Origin: a virus
Lineage: Duplodnaviria; Caudoviricetes
Virus record (IMG/VR): IMGVR_UViG_3300037400_002732
Location: 96,001 to 160,000 of that record
Direction: 5' to 3' (one strand)
Length of the DNA: 64,000 nucleotides
A model generated the notes under the pieces. The model saw only the letters and a list, made by a program, of their open reading frames with translations, had not been told where the DNA came from and did no database searches. Position 1 is the first letter of the stretch. The number at the start of each line of letters is the position of its first letter. Positions 37,847 through 47,900 of this stretch are shown here, one piece after another. The translations under genes and the position numbers were made by a program.

Positions 37847-38074
37847 ATGGACTTGAAGGAATACAACATGCGCCAGATCGACGAGATTGAGAAGCACAAG
37901 TGGATCGAGTCTGAAAAGGCTGGACATGACTTGGGCGAGGCTGCTCGTATTGACTGGGTCAAGAAATATGCGGCCAAGTTTCGAGAAGAGAACCCGCTAG
38001 ATGAGCCAACTGATAAACTGCCTACAGAAAATGAACTGAAGGCAGATAATGGCGTTTCAACAGATATTCATTGA
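37847..38074 (+). CDS. DUF4032-like small protein
   Basis: EIEKHKWIESEKAGHDLG..A..DWVKKY; GAGGGG SD. Confidence 0.75.
   Translation: MDLKEYNMRQIDEIEKHKWIESEKAGHDLGEAARIDWVKKYAAKFREENPLDEPTDKLPTENELKADNGVSTDIH
38008..38019 (+). promoter_or_regulatory. Late promoter motif AACTGATAAACT inside a coding sequence
   Basis: Perfect copy 29 nt before ATG 38049. Confidence 0.75.
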
Positions 38075-38546
38075 ATCACTGAATAATATTTGCGGTTCCA
38101 AGGCTGGCCTCGTGGCCGCTTCATTTGCTCCGCAGATGGAAGCTGCTGATGGTCAAGGATCTGGTTACGAGACCTTGAAGGAACTTGCTGTATGGCTTCT
38201 TGTCGAGAGCAATGTCCTTAATCAGCTACACTGGAATACCGACAAGAATTTAAAGCACGAATTGCTCAGCGAAGCTTACGAGCTTTGTCGCGATACTGGC
38301 GACAAGCTTGCCGAGACCTATATCGCATTAACTGGAAAGCCGTGCGACAAGGAATTTCCGAAGGCGAGCTCCGGAGCCTCCTTGAAGGATTCCGACACTC
38401 TTGCATTGCTCAAGAAAATCAATGAACACATGAACGATGCTTGCGCCAAGAATGACAAGTTCAGTGAAGGTGTGAAGAATATTTTCGCCGATTTCGACGA
38501 AAGTCTGACGACGATCATCTACAAGTACACTCAGTTCAGCGCGTAA
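38049..38546 (+). CDS. Ferritin/Dps-like four-helix protein (DUF5856-like)
   Basis: QLHWNT....HELLSEAYE....GDKLAETY. Confidence 0.65.
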   Translation: MAFQQIFIESLNNICGSKAGLVAASFAPQMEAADGQGSGYETLKELAVWLLVESNVLNQLHWNTDKNLKHELLSEAYELCRDTGDKLAETYIALTGKPCDKEFPKASSGASLKDSDTLALLKKINEHMNDACAKNDKFSEGVKNIFADFDESLTTIIYKYTQFSA

Positions 38547-38555
38547 GGATATCCG

Positions 38556-39308
38556 ATGGAACTAATTACTACAGATGATATGGTCGAATATGTCAAGAGT
38601 AGGATGGGCTGGCCCGTTACCGAAATTGAAATGGTTGTCGAGGAGCGCGGCGGTCTCGGCCATATCCACATGGCTATCAAGGACACTCTCGACTGGTTTT
38701 ACCGTATCAACATGGATGAGGCTTCGTACAAGGACATCATGAAGATTAACCTTCGTGCTGGCATTATCCAGTATAGAGTTCCGGACGAAATCATGGAAGT
38801 TGTCGATGTGCAGCCGTCTTACGGTAACACCTTCTCGCCCATGATGGCATGGGACGTAGGCCCCGGCGAATCGCTCATGGGTGTAGGCGGTGCTGGTCTG
38901 GGTGGCCTCGGCCAGTTCGATCTTGTCACTTATGCTGGCGCAATCCGTTACCTTAATGACGTGAAGAAGCTCGTGGGAACCCAGTACAGCATCAAGCTGC
39001 ATCCGGTTGACCACATCTTGCGTGTTTACCCTACGCCGAAGTCCGATAGGGTTGCCATGGCTACGGTCTACGTGAAAGCAAAGAAGTACGAAGTATTTGC
39101 CAATCCGCTGTTCCGCGACATGGTTGTTGCTCGTGCAGAAATGCAGCTGGGCAAGATTCTCAAGAAGGACGACATTACGTTGCCCGGTGGCGCGAAGGTG
39201 AACGGCCAGCAGATATACAGCGATGCCAAGGAAGACTGGAAGGAACTGATGCAAGAACTTAAGGATCAGTCCGCACAGCCTTTCATGATGACTGACTTGA
39301 ATAGCTAG
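38556..39308 (+). CDS. gp13: Neck protein (gp13-like)
   Basis: VEYVKSRMGWPVTEIEM; QLGKILKK..ITLPGGAKVNGQQIYSDA. Confidence 0.85.
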   Translation: MELITTDDMVEYVKSRMGWPVTEIEMVVEERGGLGHIHMAIKDTLDWFYRINMDEASYKDIMKINLRAGIIQYRVPDEIMEVVDVQPSYGNTFSPMMAWDVGPGESLMGVGGAGLGGLGQFDLVTYAGAIRYLNDVKKLVGTQYSIKLHPVDHILRVYPTPKSDRVAMATVYVKAKKYEVFANPLFRDMVVARAEMQLGKILKKDDITLPGGAKVNGQQIYSDAKEDWKELMQELKDQSAQPFMMTDLNS

Positions 39309-39337
39309 TTGCCAAACCCATACACGTTTGCTATATT
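39309..39337 (+). promoter_or_regulatory. Sigma70-type promoter
   Basis: TTGCCA-17 nt-TATATT with extended TG. Confidence 0.6.
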
Positions 39338-39367
39338 GAATCTCGTCTATTAAGGCGGGATTCTTTT
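39338..39367 (+). terminator. Terminator or RBS-occluding hairpin
   Basis: GAATCTCGTCT-ATTA-AGGCGGGATTC followed by TTTT, then ATG. Confidence 0.6.
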
Positions 39368-39487
39368 ATGTTGGCAAAAATTGGTAAAATTCTATGGAAG
39401 GCGCAGTACGTGGTGTACGCAGGGATTGTCGTCGCTATCGTGAAACGCATGGTTACAAAAATCAAGAAGGAAATCGACTCGGTATAA
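39368..39487 (+). CDS. 39-aa putative membrane peptide (not in the ORF track)
   Basis: MLAKIGKILWKAQYVVYAGIVVAIVKRMVTKIKKEIDSV; stop 2 nt before ATG 39490. Confidence 0.55.
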   Translation: MLAKIGKILWKAQYVVYAGIVVAIVKRMVTKIKKEIDSV

Positions 39488-39489
39488 TT

Positions 39490-41262
39490 ATGCTTGATTT
39501 GATTACGAATAATTTCGGATTACTAACTCGTGACGAGGCGCGTAATGTCGTTGGGCGCATTGGCCGAGTATCTATCAATGAAAAGGACGACAAGGACTCA
39601 ATCGATACTTTCCGCGAACTTACTAGGACTATCGAAGAACTTATCGAAAATCTTCCGTCCATCACGATTCCGTCTACGATTGTCGGCAAGACTAAGTTTG
39701 AAGGCTTCAAGGAAATCTGCAAGCTGTACAAGAAGCAGAACTTGAACAAAGTGTTCTTGCTGTCTTGTACGATGATGAACTTGATCGCTCGTCACAGCGG
39801 CGCAAAGGAACTGTCCAAGGTCGCTGGCTTCATGCAGAACTGCTTGGCCCTATATTCTATCGGCGATAGCCTCTGCTCTCACATTTCGTTCAACTGGGAT
39901 TATGCCGACACGATGTACATCATCGCCAACGGCGACCTTCCTGGCGGAACTGGCATTACGATGGCCCAGTATCGCGAAATTGGTGCGAAGTACGAAAAGG
40001 CTAACTACGAAGGAATCACCCTTACCAATTCCAGCATTTTTGTATTGGCCAACATGGTTGCTAAAGGAAATGAACAGACGTGGTTCTCTTCCGCAGACCA
40101 GAAGGAACATCACATTGCTACTGGCCGAACCAATGTGAAGGACGTCGCCCGCCAGTGGGTGAAGAACGACGATAACAGTGAAAGCTATGAACTCCGTTAT
40201 ACTTTTACTGACGATGCCCTTACTGCCGGAAAACCGAGCAATGCCGTGTTTGAACTGATGTTCGACGATGTACAGCTTTATGTCGTGCAGTCGGTCAACT
40301 CGTTTGCTGACGAAGAAAATGCCAATGTGACCCAGTTCGAGCCGAACCGTGAAATCCGTTACTTCTGGATTCCGAAGGCTGGCGTAGTGCTGACTACCAA
40401 GGAAGTCAATGAACTTAACGAAAATATTCAGCAGTACTTGAACATGCTCTTCGTGAACAACATTGACACACAGCGTTTCATGTTCACGTTCGACGAAAAT
40501 GGCGAAATCGTGGAAATCGTCCGTCCGAAGGCTATTCCGGAGCATTTCGTTTCGAACAAGATTCCGGACATCATCAACGGTATCAAGATCCTTCATGACA
40601 AGAAGTTGTCCAGAAGCTATGCACTTGTCGGCCAAGCCGGTACTGGTAAGACGATTGGTGCGCAGCAGATCTCCAACTCGTTCATGGATGTCTGCACGTT
40701 CAAGATTACGAAGACCGTGATTGAGAATGAGGATATTCGCAAGCACATGCTCGAATACATCCGCGCAATCAAGCGTTGCATCATTATTTTGGACGATATG
40801 GATCGCAGCAACTTGTCTGAAAAGAACGACTCAGTGTGCGCCTACTTGAACTTCTTCGACGACCTTAATTTGGCTGCAAAGAACGACCAAGTGTCCTATG
40901 TCTTCGTGGCTACGATTAACGATCCTAACAAGATCAACAAGGTCATCATGCAGCGTAGCGGACGTATCGACGAAATGGTCGAAATCGGTTACCCCGACAC
41001 TGAGGCGATGCGTTACTTGTTCCATTACAATGACATGGAAAACAACGCGGATCATCTGGCTGACTTTAACGATCCTAGTTTCGATGCTGCGTTCAAGGAA
41101 GCTATCGACGTGCATATCACGGCGGCGGATGTCAAGAATATCTTTACTGATATGATTATCTACGGCGATCCGGGTCAGAAGGTTACGCCAGAGGCCATCC
41201 ATAACGCAATCGCTCGCGTCAAGGATCGAAACGAAAAGGCTGGCCGTAATTACTTGGATTAG
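39490..41262 (+). CDS. AAA+ ATPase with a large N-terminal domain
   Basis: GQAGTGKT, IIILDDMD, ATIN, QRSGRIDE (second region of homology). Confidence 0.85.
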   Translation: MLDLITNNFGLLTRDEARNVVGRIGRVSINEKDDKDSIDTFRELTRTIEELIENLPSITIPSTIVGKTKFEGFKEICKLYKKQNLNKVFLLSCTMMNLIARHSGAKELSKVAGFMQNCLALYSIGDSLCSHISFNWDYADTMYIIANGDLPGGTGITMAQYREIGAKYEKANYEGITLTNSSIFVLANMVAKGNEQTWFSSADQKEHHIATGRTNVKDVARQWVKNDDNSESYELRYTFTDDALTAGKPSNAVFELMFDDVQLYVVQSVNSFADEENANVTQFEPNREIRYFWIPKAGVVLTTKEVNELNENIQQYLNMLFVNNIDTQRFMFTFDENGEIVEIVRPKAIPEHFVSNKIPDIINGIKILHDKKLSRSYALVGQAGTGKTIGAQQISNSFMDVCTFKITKTVIENEDIRKHMLEYIRAIKRCIIILDDMDRSNLSEKNDSVCAYLNFFDDLNLAAKNDQVSYVFVATINDPNKINKVIMQRSGRIDEMVEIGYPDTEAMRYLFHYNDMENNADHLADFNDPSFDAAFKEAIDVHITAADVKNIFTDMIIYGDPGQKVTPEAIHNAIARVKDRNEKAGRNYLD

Positions 41263-42282
41263 TTACCACTGGCCAAGAAGGTTGCCGCAAGCATAGTAGC
41301 TCGGATCGTTGGTGATGTCCTTGACACAAGGGTCAACTTCCGGCGGTCTGAACAACACGTCCTTCTTGAGTTCGTCGATGGTTTTGGAAACGTCCAGAGA
41401 ATAACCGTTCTCTGGCGTTTTTGCATTTGGATCTTCTGCGTCGGTCGAATTGCCTAGCGTATTGCGACCAAGCAACATGTCGATAAAGTGTTCTTGGTTC
41501 GGATCGTTGATTACTTCCTCGCTGACCTTCTTGCCATCGTCGATTGCGACTTCCAAGAATGCCTTCCAATAATATTTGCGCCACTTGTACTCGTAGTCGG
41601 GTACGTCGTCTGTAATGGACGTGATTGTGTATAGCTTGTTGTCGTATTCAGGCTTTACCAAGTCGCCAGCCTTCGGAAAGATCTGGGCAGCCGAGTAGCC
41701 GTGGTAATTGAATTTCTCGTATCCTCTCTGCCACCAGATAGGATTGTGCGCCTTCTCGTCGGTGCTGCAGAGAGGTTTGACGCCGTGCTCTCGGAGCGAA
41801 CGGTAGTTGCATTCCAAGAACAAGCTCATGGGGAAGAATACTTCGGTCTTTGCCGTGTATTGTATGCCGAAACGAGCGTACAGTTCGTTCTGCGGCGTAA
41901 AGGTAATCGAGCCCTTCATATCGAACATGCGGTCGATATTTCTGCTGTTGTCTTCGTGGAACAGCGGGTCTGCCTTGGTATCGTATGTCGTCGTGTAGTA
42001 CTTGAACGTAGTGCCTTGTCTCTTCATTTGTGCGTTGATCACGATATCGTACTTCTCGTGGTCATGGAACGAGTTTTCGGCACGGAAGTATTTGCTCATG
42101 CCGAGACGTGTGTCGTGTTCGAAATCCGGATGGTTGATCTGGGATTTTTCGGAACGCTCGACAAAACCGCCCAGACGGTCATTCCACAATGGTCTGGAAA
42201 CGGAAGCTAGGACGCTGAAGTTCTGGACGACCATGTTGGACGCACGAACATTTCCGGCAAGATGTAGCTTAAAATTTGGCAT
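41263..42282 (-). CDS. gp14: Neck/head completion protein (gp14-like)
   Basis: DPLFHED, YARFGIQ, PKAGDLV..KLYTI. Confidence 0.7.
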   Translation of the reverse strand: MPNFKLHLAGNVRASNMVVQNFSVLASVSRPLWNDRLGGFVERSEKSQINHPDFEHDTRLGMSKYFRAENSFHDHEKYDIVINAQMKRQGTTFKYYTTTYDTKADPLFHEDNSRNIDRMFDMKGSITFTPQNELYARFGIQYTAKTEVFFPMSLFLECNYRSLREHGVKPLCSTDEKAHNPIWWQRGYEKFNYHGYSAAQIFPKAGDLVKPEYDNKLYTITSITDDVPDYEYKWRKYYWKAFLEVAIDDGKKVSEEVINDPNQEHFIDMLLGRNTLGNSTDAEDPNAKTPENGYSLDVSKTIDELKKDVLFRPPEVDPCVKDITNDPSYYACGNLLGQW

Positions 42283-42299
42283 TCGATACCTCGAACATC

Positions 42300-42311
42300 A
42301 GTTTATCATGT
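42300..42311 (-). promoter_or_regulatory. Late promoter variant ACATGATAAACT
   Basis: 17 nt before the gp14 ATG. Confidence 0.7.
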
Positions 42312-42326
42312 CGTCCAGCCGCTGAG

Positions 42327-42338
42327 AACTGATAAACT
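42327..42338 (+). promoter_or_regulatory. Late promoter motif AACTGATAAACT
   Basis: Perfect copy 26 nt before the gp6 ATG. Confidence 0.75.
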
Positions 42339-42364
42339 GCATACGACTTATTGGATCGGATAAT

Positions 42365-44923
42365 ATGGCGAGTAATGCACTAGATCAACGCAAGTATGCG
42401 AAATTGTCATTTGAGTCTGTTCGTGAACAGCTCGTGACTATCATGAAGGCCAAGGGTGGCAACTTTGCAGATGCATCGGACAGCTCTTATGGTCGTTTGA
42501 TGATTGACTTGTTCTCCGGAACGTCGGACTTGATGGGTTACTATACCGAATCGTCCTTCATGAATGCGTTCATGGAGCCATCGTCGAACTCTACTCCGTC
42601 CATCTACGCCAACGCTCGTATGTTGGGCTACAGCGTACGTCGTCCGGTTCCGGCGAAGGCTGGTATCGGTATTGCGGCTACACAGACTGGTAAGTATTCT
42701 AGCATCCGTGTCAGAATACCGAAGGGAACTGAATTTACCATTGGCGGATTAACGCTGACTGCCATGGATGACATGGAATTTTACTACAACAGAAATAACG
42801 ATCCGTCCAATACTGGTCTAATGACCTTGGTTTCTGGTAAAGCGGTAGTAGCTGAAGGACAGTTCAAGACCGAAACTCTAGTATCTACTGGAAAGCAGAA
42901 CCAGATCCATATTGTCAACGATACGACGTTCTCCGATTACTTTGGTGACAATGACCCTAACTTTGATGACGACGGTAACGTAGCTCATCGTGCGGCAGCA
43001 TTCACAACGGTTACATCCGACGCGACCTTGATGGACAACGTCGATCCGAGTGTAGTGTCCCATGACAAATTGTACTGGCGTATATCTCGCCGTGGACTTA
43101 TTGATCCAGCAAAGGAAAGCGTATTGAATGATATTGAACAGTTCGTAGCTGGACAAGATAACTATACCGACAACTACACCGTTGAAATCACTACGGCGAA
43201 CGACGGTAACGTTCAGTTGAAGTTCGGCGACGGCTTGAATTCCGCCATTCCGTATGGCCTTATCAACGTCACTTATTTCTCCACATTGGGTGAAGGCGGT
43301 AACTTGCTCGATGTTGCTGGTAGCGTATTGGCTACGAGCGATTCGAAGATCGTCATTACTCAAGGTGATGGAACTGAAAGCGACATTACGCTCGAAGACT
43401 TGAACATCGCGCTGACTACTGACATCCGTAACGGCATGGATATCCAGTCCAACGAATCGATCAAGGCGGATGCACCGTATATTTTCAATTCACTGGACAA
43501 GCTCGTAAACCGTTTGAGCTACAAGATTTTCTTGCGTCGTTATGCCGACGTGAAGTACGCGACAGCATACGGCGAGGATATCTTGAATACCAAGCTGGAA
43601 AACGGCGGTATTGACGTGAAGTTCATGAACCAGATCCGTTTCAGCGTGTTGAAGAGCTTGTATCGTAAGAAGGATAACAACTACTATCCTACTACGTCGA
43701 ACGAGTATTTCCTCGAAGGCTTCAAGATTAACGGCCTTATGTACACATGGCAATACGACTATGGCGAATTGTCCAAGAAGGGCCTTGACCAAGGCCATGT
43801 CGCGCTGGCAGACCGAGTAAAGAAGGCTCTTATTGCTGCTGGCGTTACTGCTGAACAGCAGACGTCCGTCATGATGGCCATCATGCCGGAGTTCCCAATG
43901 GATTACCAAGTGTATTCCGCCAAGCTTACGCCGCTTGACTTTGTCGAGGATGGTTCTGAACTGTACTCGGTAATGACTGCGCTGAACCAGCGCGGCATGA
44001 TTACTGTGGGTGGCGGCTATCACAACTACGTCTATCCTAGTGTACATGAAATGCAGTGCCATTTGGATGTTACCTTGTATCGAGGCAACAACTTTACTGA
44101 TGTCAAGGAACGCATCCAAAACGTAATATACAAGTACTTGAGCGACAATACCGAGTTCGCTTCGCCAGTGTACCGTTCTCGCATCGAAGCCCTAGTACAT
44201 GGGCTCACCGAAGTCGAAGGCGTCGATGTGCGCTTCGCTCCGGTAGAGAGCCAGTACAACCAGCTTGACATTAACCAACTTAAGTGGCTTGGTAGTGTGA
44301 CTGGAGAATTTATCGCGCCTGGGTCTATCACCATGGATCCAGTTGACTTCACGTTGCAATATACGGTCGTCGGCCCTAATGCCAAGACAACCTTGATAGA
44401 TACGTTTACTCTTCCAGACCAAACGGCTATGCAGTGCCGCGTTGCCGACTACTGCAAGAACTTTATCGCAGATAATTTTGAAAGTGTTACTGATATGGAA
44501 ATAGACAAGTTTGTTGCTTATATTTGGTCTCAAGTGATGCAACAGATTTATACGCCGATTACCGACGCGCTTAATTCGGCTCGTAATAAAGGTGAAATCG
44601 AAACTGCAAAGGCGTTGAATAGCTTGATTAATGCAATAAAGGGCTGGGAACTGGGGCCAGACGCAGTTTCCTTCAAGAATACCGATACGATCGTGTCGAT
44701 GACTGAAGTGAACGGCAGCGTTCTATATGATTATCTGAAGTACGGTCTCAACTATATCAAACTTGTCCGTAACGTACTCGCTTATTACGTAACCAAGAGT
44801 TTAATTGACGAGAACGGAAACATTACGAATTACACCAATGACAATGAGATTGTCCAGATTGTCGTTCCGGTGGATGAAATCGATCTGAAGGTGTCTCTGG
44901 ACTCTGTATTGCTCACTGAATAG
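42365..44923 (+). CDS. gp6: Baseplate wedge protein (gp6-like)
   Basis: LSFESVREQL, ARMLGYS, LKFGDG..IP, YFSTLGEGGN, ESIKADAP. Confidence 0.85.
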   Translation: MASNALDQRKYAKLSFESVREQLVTIMKAKGGNFADASDSSYGRLMIDLFSGTSDLMGYYTESSFMNAFMEPSSNSTPSIYANARMLGYSVRRPVPAKAGIGIAATQTGKYSSIRVRIPKGTEFTIGGLTLTAMDDMEFYYNRNNDPSNTGLMTLVSGKAVVAEGQFKTETLVSTGKQNQIHIVNDTTFSDYFGDNDPNFDDDGNVAHRAAAFTTVTSDATLMDNVDPSVVSHDKLYWRISRRGLIDPAKESVLNDIEQFVAGQDNYTDNYTVEITTANDGNVQLKFGDGLNSAIPYGLINVTYFSTLGEGGNLLDVAGSVLATSDSKIVITQGDGTESDITLEDLNIALTTDIRNGMDIQSNESIKADAPYIFNSLDKLVNRLSYKIFLRRYADVKYATAYGEDILNTKLENGGIDVKFMNQIRFSVLKSLYRKKDNNYYPTTSNEYFLEGFKINGLMYTWQYDYGELSKKGLDQGHVALADRVKKALIAAGVTAEQQTSVMMAIMPEFPMDYQVYSAKLTPLDFVEDGSELYSVMTALNQRGMITVGGGYHNYVYPSVHEMQCHLDVTLYRGNNFTDVKERIQNVIYKYLSDNTEFASPVYRSRIEALVHGLTEVEGVDVRFAPVESQYNQLDINQLKWLGSVTGEFIAPGSITMDPVDFTLQYTVVGPNAKTTLIDTFTLPDQTAMQCRVADYCKNFIADNFESVTDMEIDKFVAYIWSQVMQQIYTPITDALNSARNKGEIETAKALNSLINAIKGWELGPDAVSFKNTDTIVSMTEVNGSVLYDYLKYGLNYIKLVRNVLAYYVTKSLIDENGNITNYTNDNEIVQIVVPVDEIDLKVSLDSVLLTE

Positions 44924-44931
44924 GACATAGC

Positions 44932-47900
44932 ATGAATCCGATAGTCTATAACAAGAATGGTCAATATCGTTTTACCGATTTCGTAGGCTACTTGCCAGAA
45001 TTTCTGCGTTCTGAACCGGACGTGGTTACATTTCTGCAAGTGATGTCCGACTACATAAACAACGCCTACCGTAATGTGAATGTTACGGAAGAGTTTGAGC
45101 TGGTCAAGGTATGTTCGAGCACCGACAGAACAATCGTTGAAAAGTGGATGAACAAGCTGAACAATATGTTCCGTTTGGCTTGTGACCGCAGTGAGTCGGT
45201 GCTGTACTTGTCGGTGCCTCGTAATAACGTAAAAAATAACGTGGCGCTCGGTAACGGAAATGCCGAGTATGTTAGGACGATTGAGGTAGACTTGGCTGAC
45301 ATAGTTGACAGTCTGCCATCAGCTTCCGAAAGAATTGGCGGCGCATCTGCAATGGATGACGGTGACGTGGTTTATGTAAAGTATCGTAAGAGAAAACTAT
45401 CCGAAATGGTTGCGTATTACTATGCCAAGGACAGCAATACGTTGATAAAGGATCCGAAAGCGACGTCACAAGATCCGTTTACCGAGACATACAACAATCC
45501 TTCTACTGCCGTCCAGTTTGATGTTATTGACGTTGGTAACGTGGTTTGCCGTTATGGCGGAAAGCATGACGATGTCGTATATTACGAAGTGTATTTTCCT
45601 CTTCATGTGACTAATGTAAAACGAGTGGCCGAATCTGGCATTGCGAAGTACGATGTCAATTCCGATGGAAAGGATGATGAAATCTATGTCGATTACTACA
45701 ACTTGACAAGCGCGGTCAATACGGACGACGGAACGTACAATACCTATATCAAGTTCGGCAAGAGTAAGGGGTTTAACTGGACTGGAGAAATCCCTACTGG
45801 AATGTTCTATTTTCGTGACAGTAGTGCAGCTAAGCTTGCCAATCTGTCGGGCTCTAGCACGATGGAAATTGCTGATACGCTTACGGCTCCGTCTGTCGAT
45901 CGTTACCGTATCAAGAAAGTTATTAAAACGGCTGGGACGTACCGTGCATACATGGAAGCGTTCCCCGGCGTGTACGCCAATGCTCTGTTCTACATTGTGA
46001 ACGGTGCAAAGAACTGTGGTGTGTACCGCATGAATGGCGATATTACTGCCCAGTCTCGTTTTGACGATGGCGAACTATATATTGACTTGGTGAATGTATC
46101 CGGTAATGACTACGACCGCGATATTCTTAACGATAACAATACGCTGACCTTGATTTCAATACCGCTTGCGGCAAGTAAGTACATTATCAATTTCAATGAC
46201 AGTATGCCGTTGGTCAAGTGGTCGAATGAAATTACTGGGTTGGGCGAATCTGTAATTGGCCTTGCATCTAATATTATGATGCAACGTGCAAAGATTACAC
46301 GTAACCCCTTGTTGTACAAGGGAACTGTTGATCGTCTGACCAGGGATACTATCCAGCTTCCTATCGACTTGACTGGAATCGTTGTATCTGGCAACCTTAT
46401 TTGTTCTACGGCATTCCAGAACGACGATAACGTGTCACCGTATTACGCGACAGTTACATCAGCTTACTGGGATCCGAATATCGACCGTTTCCGACTGACT
46501 GTTGCACCGGGTGCAAATCTCAATTTGTCTGAAATTCAGTCTAACCCATCGATTGAGATTTATGGGGTTACTGCCGGATATTTGACCTCTTTGGCGGAAG
46601 ATTATGCATATAGCCCAGAAAGTGAACTAGTGTGCTTTAAAGGAAAGTGGCGTATCGACATAGAACCGAATGACTTGCTGAGAGTCACTCTACCAATGGG
46701 GGACGAAACAAAGGATTGCTTGCTAACGGTCGTCAAAGCGGACATGTACAAAGAGCTGGTGTATGTCAAGAAACCAGCTGGATTTACTTTCAGCTTTGAT
46801 GTTGACGATATGCTGATGGCTTCGATTGAGCGAGTTGCGGTTGATTTAGATGATCGCAAGGCATCCATTAACAAAGTCAACTATGTAAAGGAACTTGCCG
46901 ACGGAACAGTCATGGCTGCAGTGAATAACCGTTCATACGAGGGCGATATTTATACTGCCGAGGACTTTCTGGAACATAGTCAGCATTTCTACATGCTTGC
47001 CAACATTATCGGTTCGGATGAATACAGCTTACTCGAAATGGATACTGACGTGCTCAAGTTTGTTCCGGGTCATGCGTATTCGGCTAACCAGTATGTCTAT
47101 AACGACAATGACAAGAAAATCTACAAGATTATTCGGCAGACTACAGTCCAGCCAGACGGTACGACGATCGATTCCAATGCGTCTGCAGAAGACCGCATAG
47201 TCCATTACTCGGTTGGATTTATTGAAATACAGAACTCCTATATGCCGTATTGTGGCCCAGTGGCGTCCCTTGACTATGAAGAAAAGCCGAATTACATGGG
47301 CGATATGTCGGAAGTCCGTATTCCGTTGTATATCAAGAAGATTAACGACGTCCGCTTGAAATATGGCTGGAATCAGCGTCAGTATGTCTATTACAACGAC
47401 GATATTGGCGTTGCCCCGCTTGACCGAGCTGGATTTATCGAAATGTATGCGGACAAGGTGTCTACTAATGCTGATAGAAATCCAGTTGAGTTGAACTTAC
47501 GTAAGAGAGCTCACGTTCTTCCAGCTAACGCGATGCGATATGGTTGCGGCAGTCAATATTACGTTCTTGATATCGACTCTCCTCCGGTGGCGCAGCGCAG
47601 CGATGATGGCTCATGGGTCATTACCGTAAAGTCTAGCGGTCACGGTCTGTCTGATGGCGTAATAGTGTCGGCGAGCGTAGATACCGGCACTGGTGACACA
47701 GAAGCTGAGATTAAGGAAGCGGTGTTTAACTCGGATAATGCTGTTGTGACGGTTATATCGCCGGATGTCATTCAATATACCACGGCAGCCCCATCGATAT
47801 CTGGGTATATTGTTAGCTTGGGCGGTGATGACAAACTTACCGTTACTTACGACCGTTCATACTTGGATGACCCGACGGCATACCCGACTGAAGGCGATGT

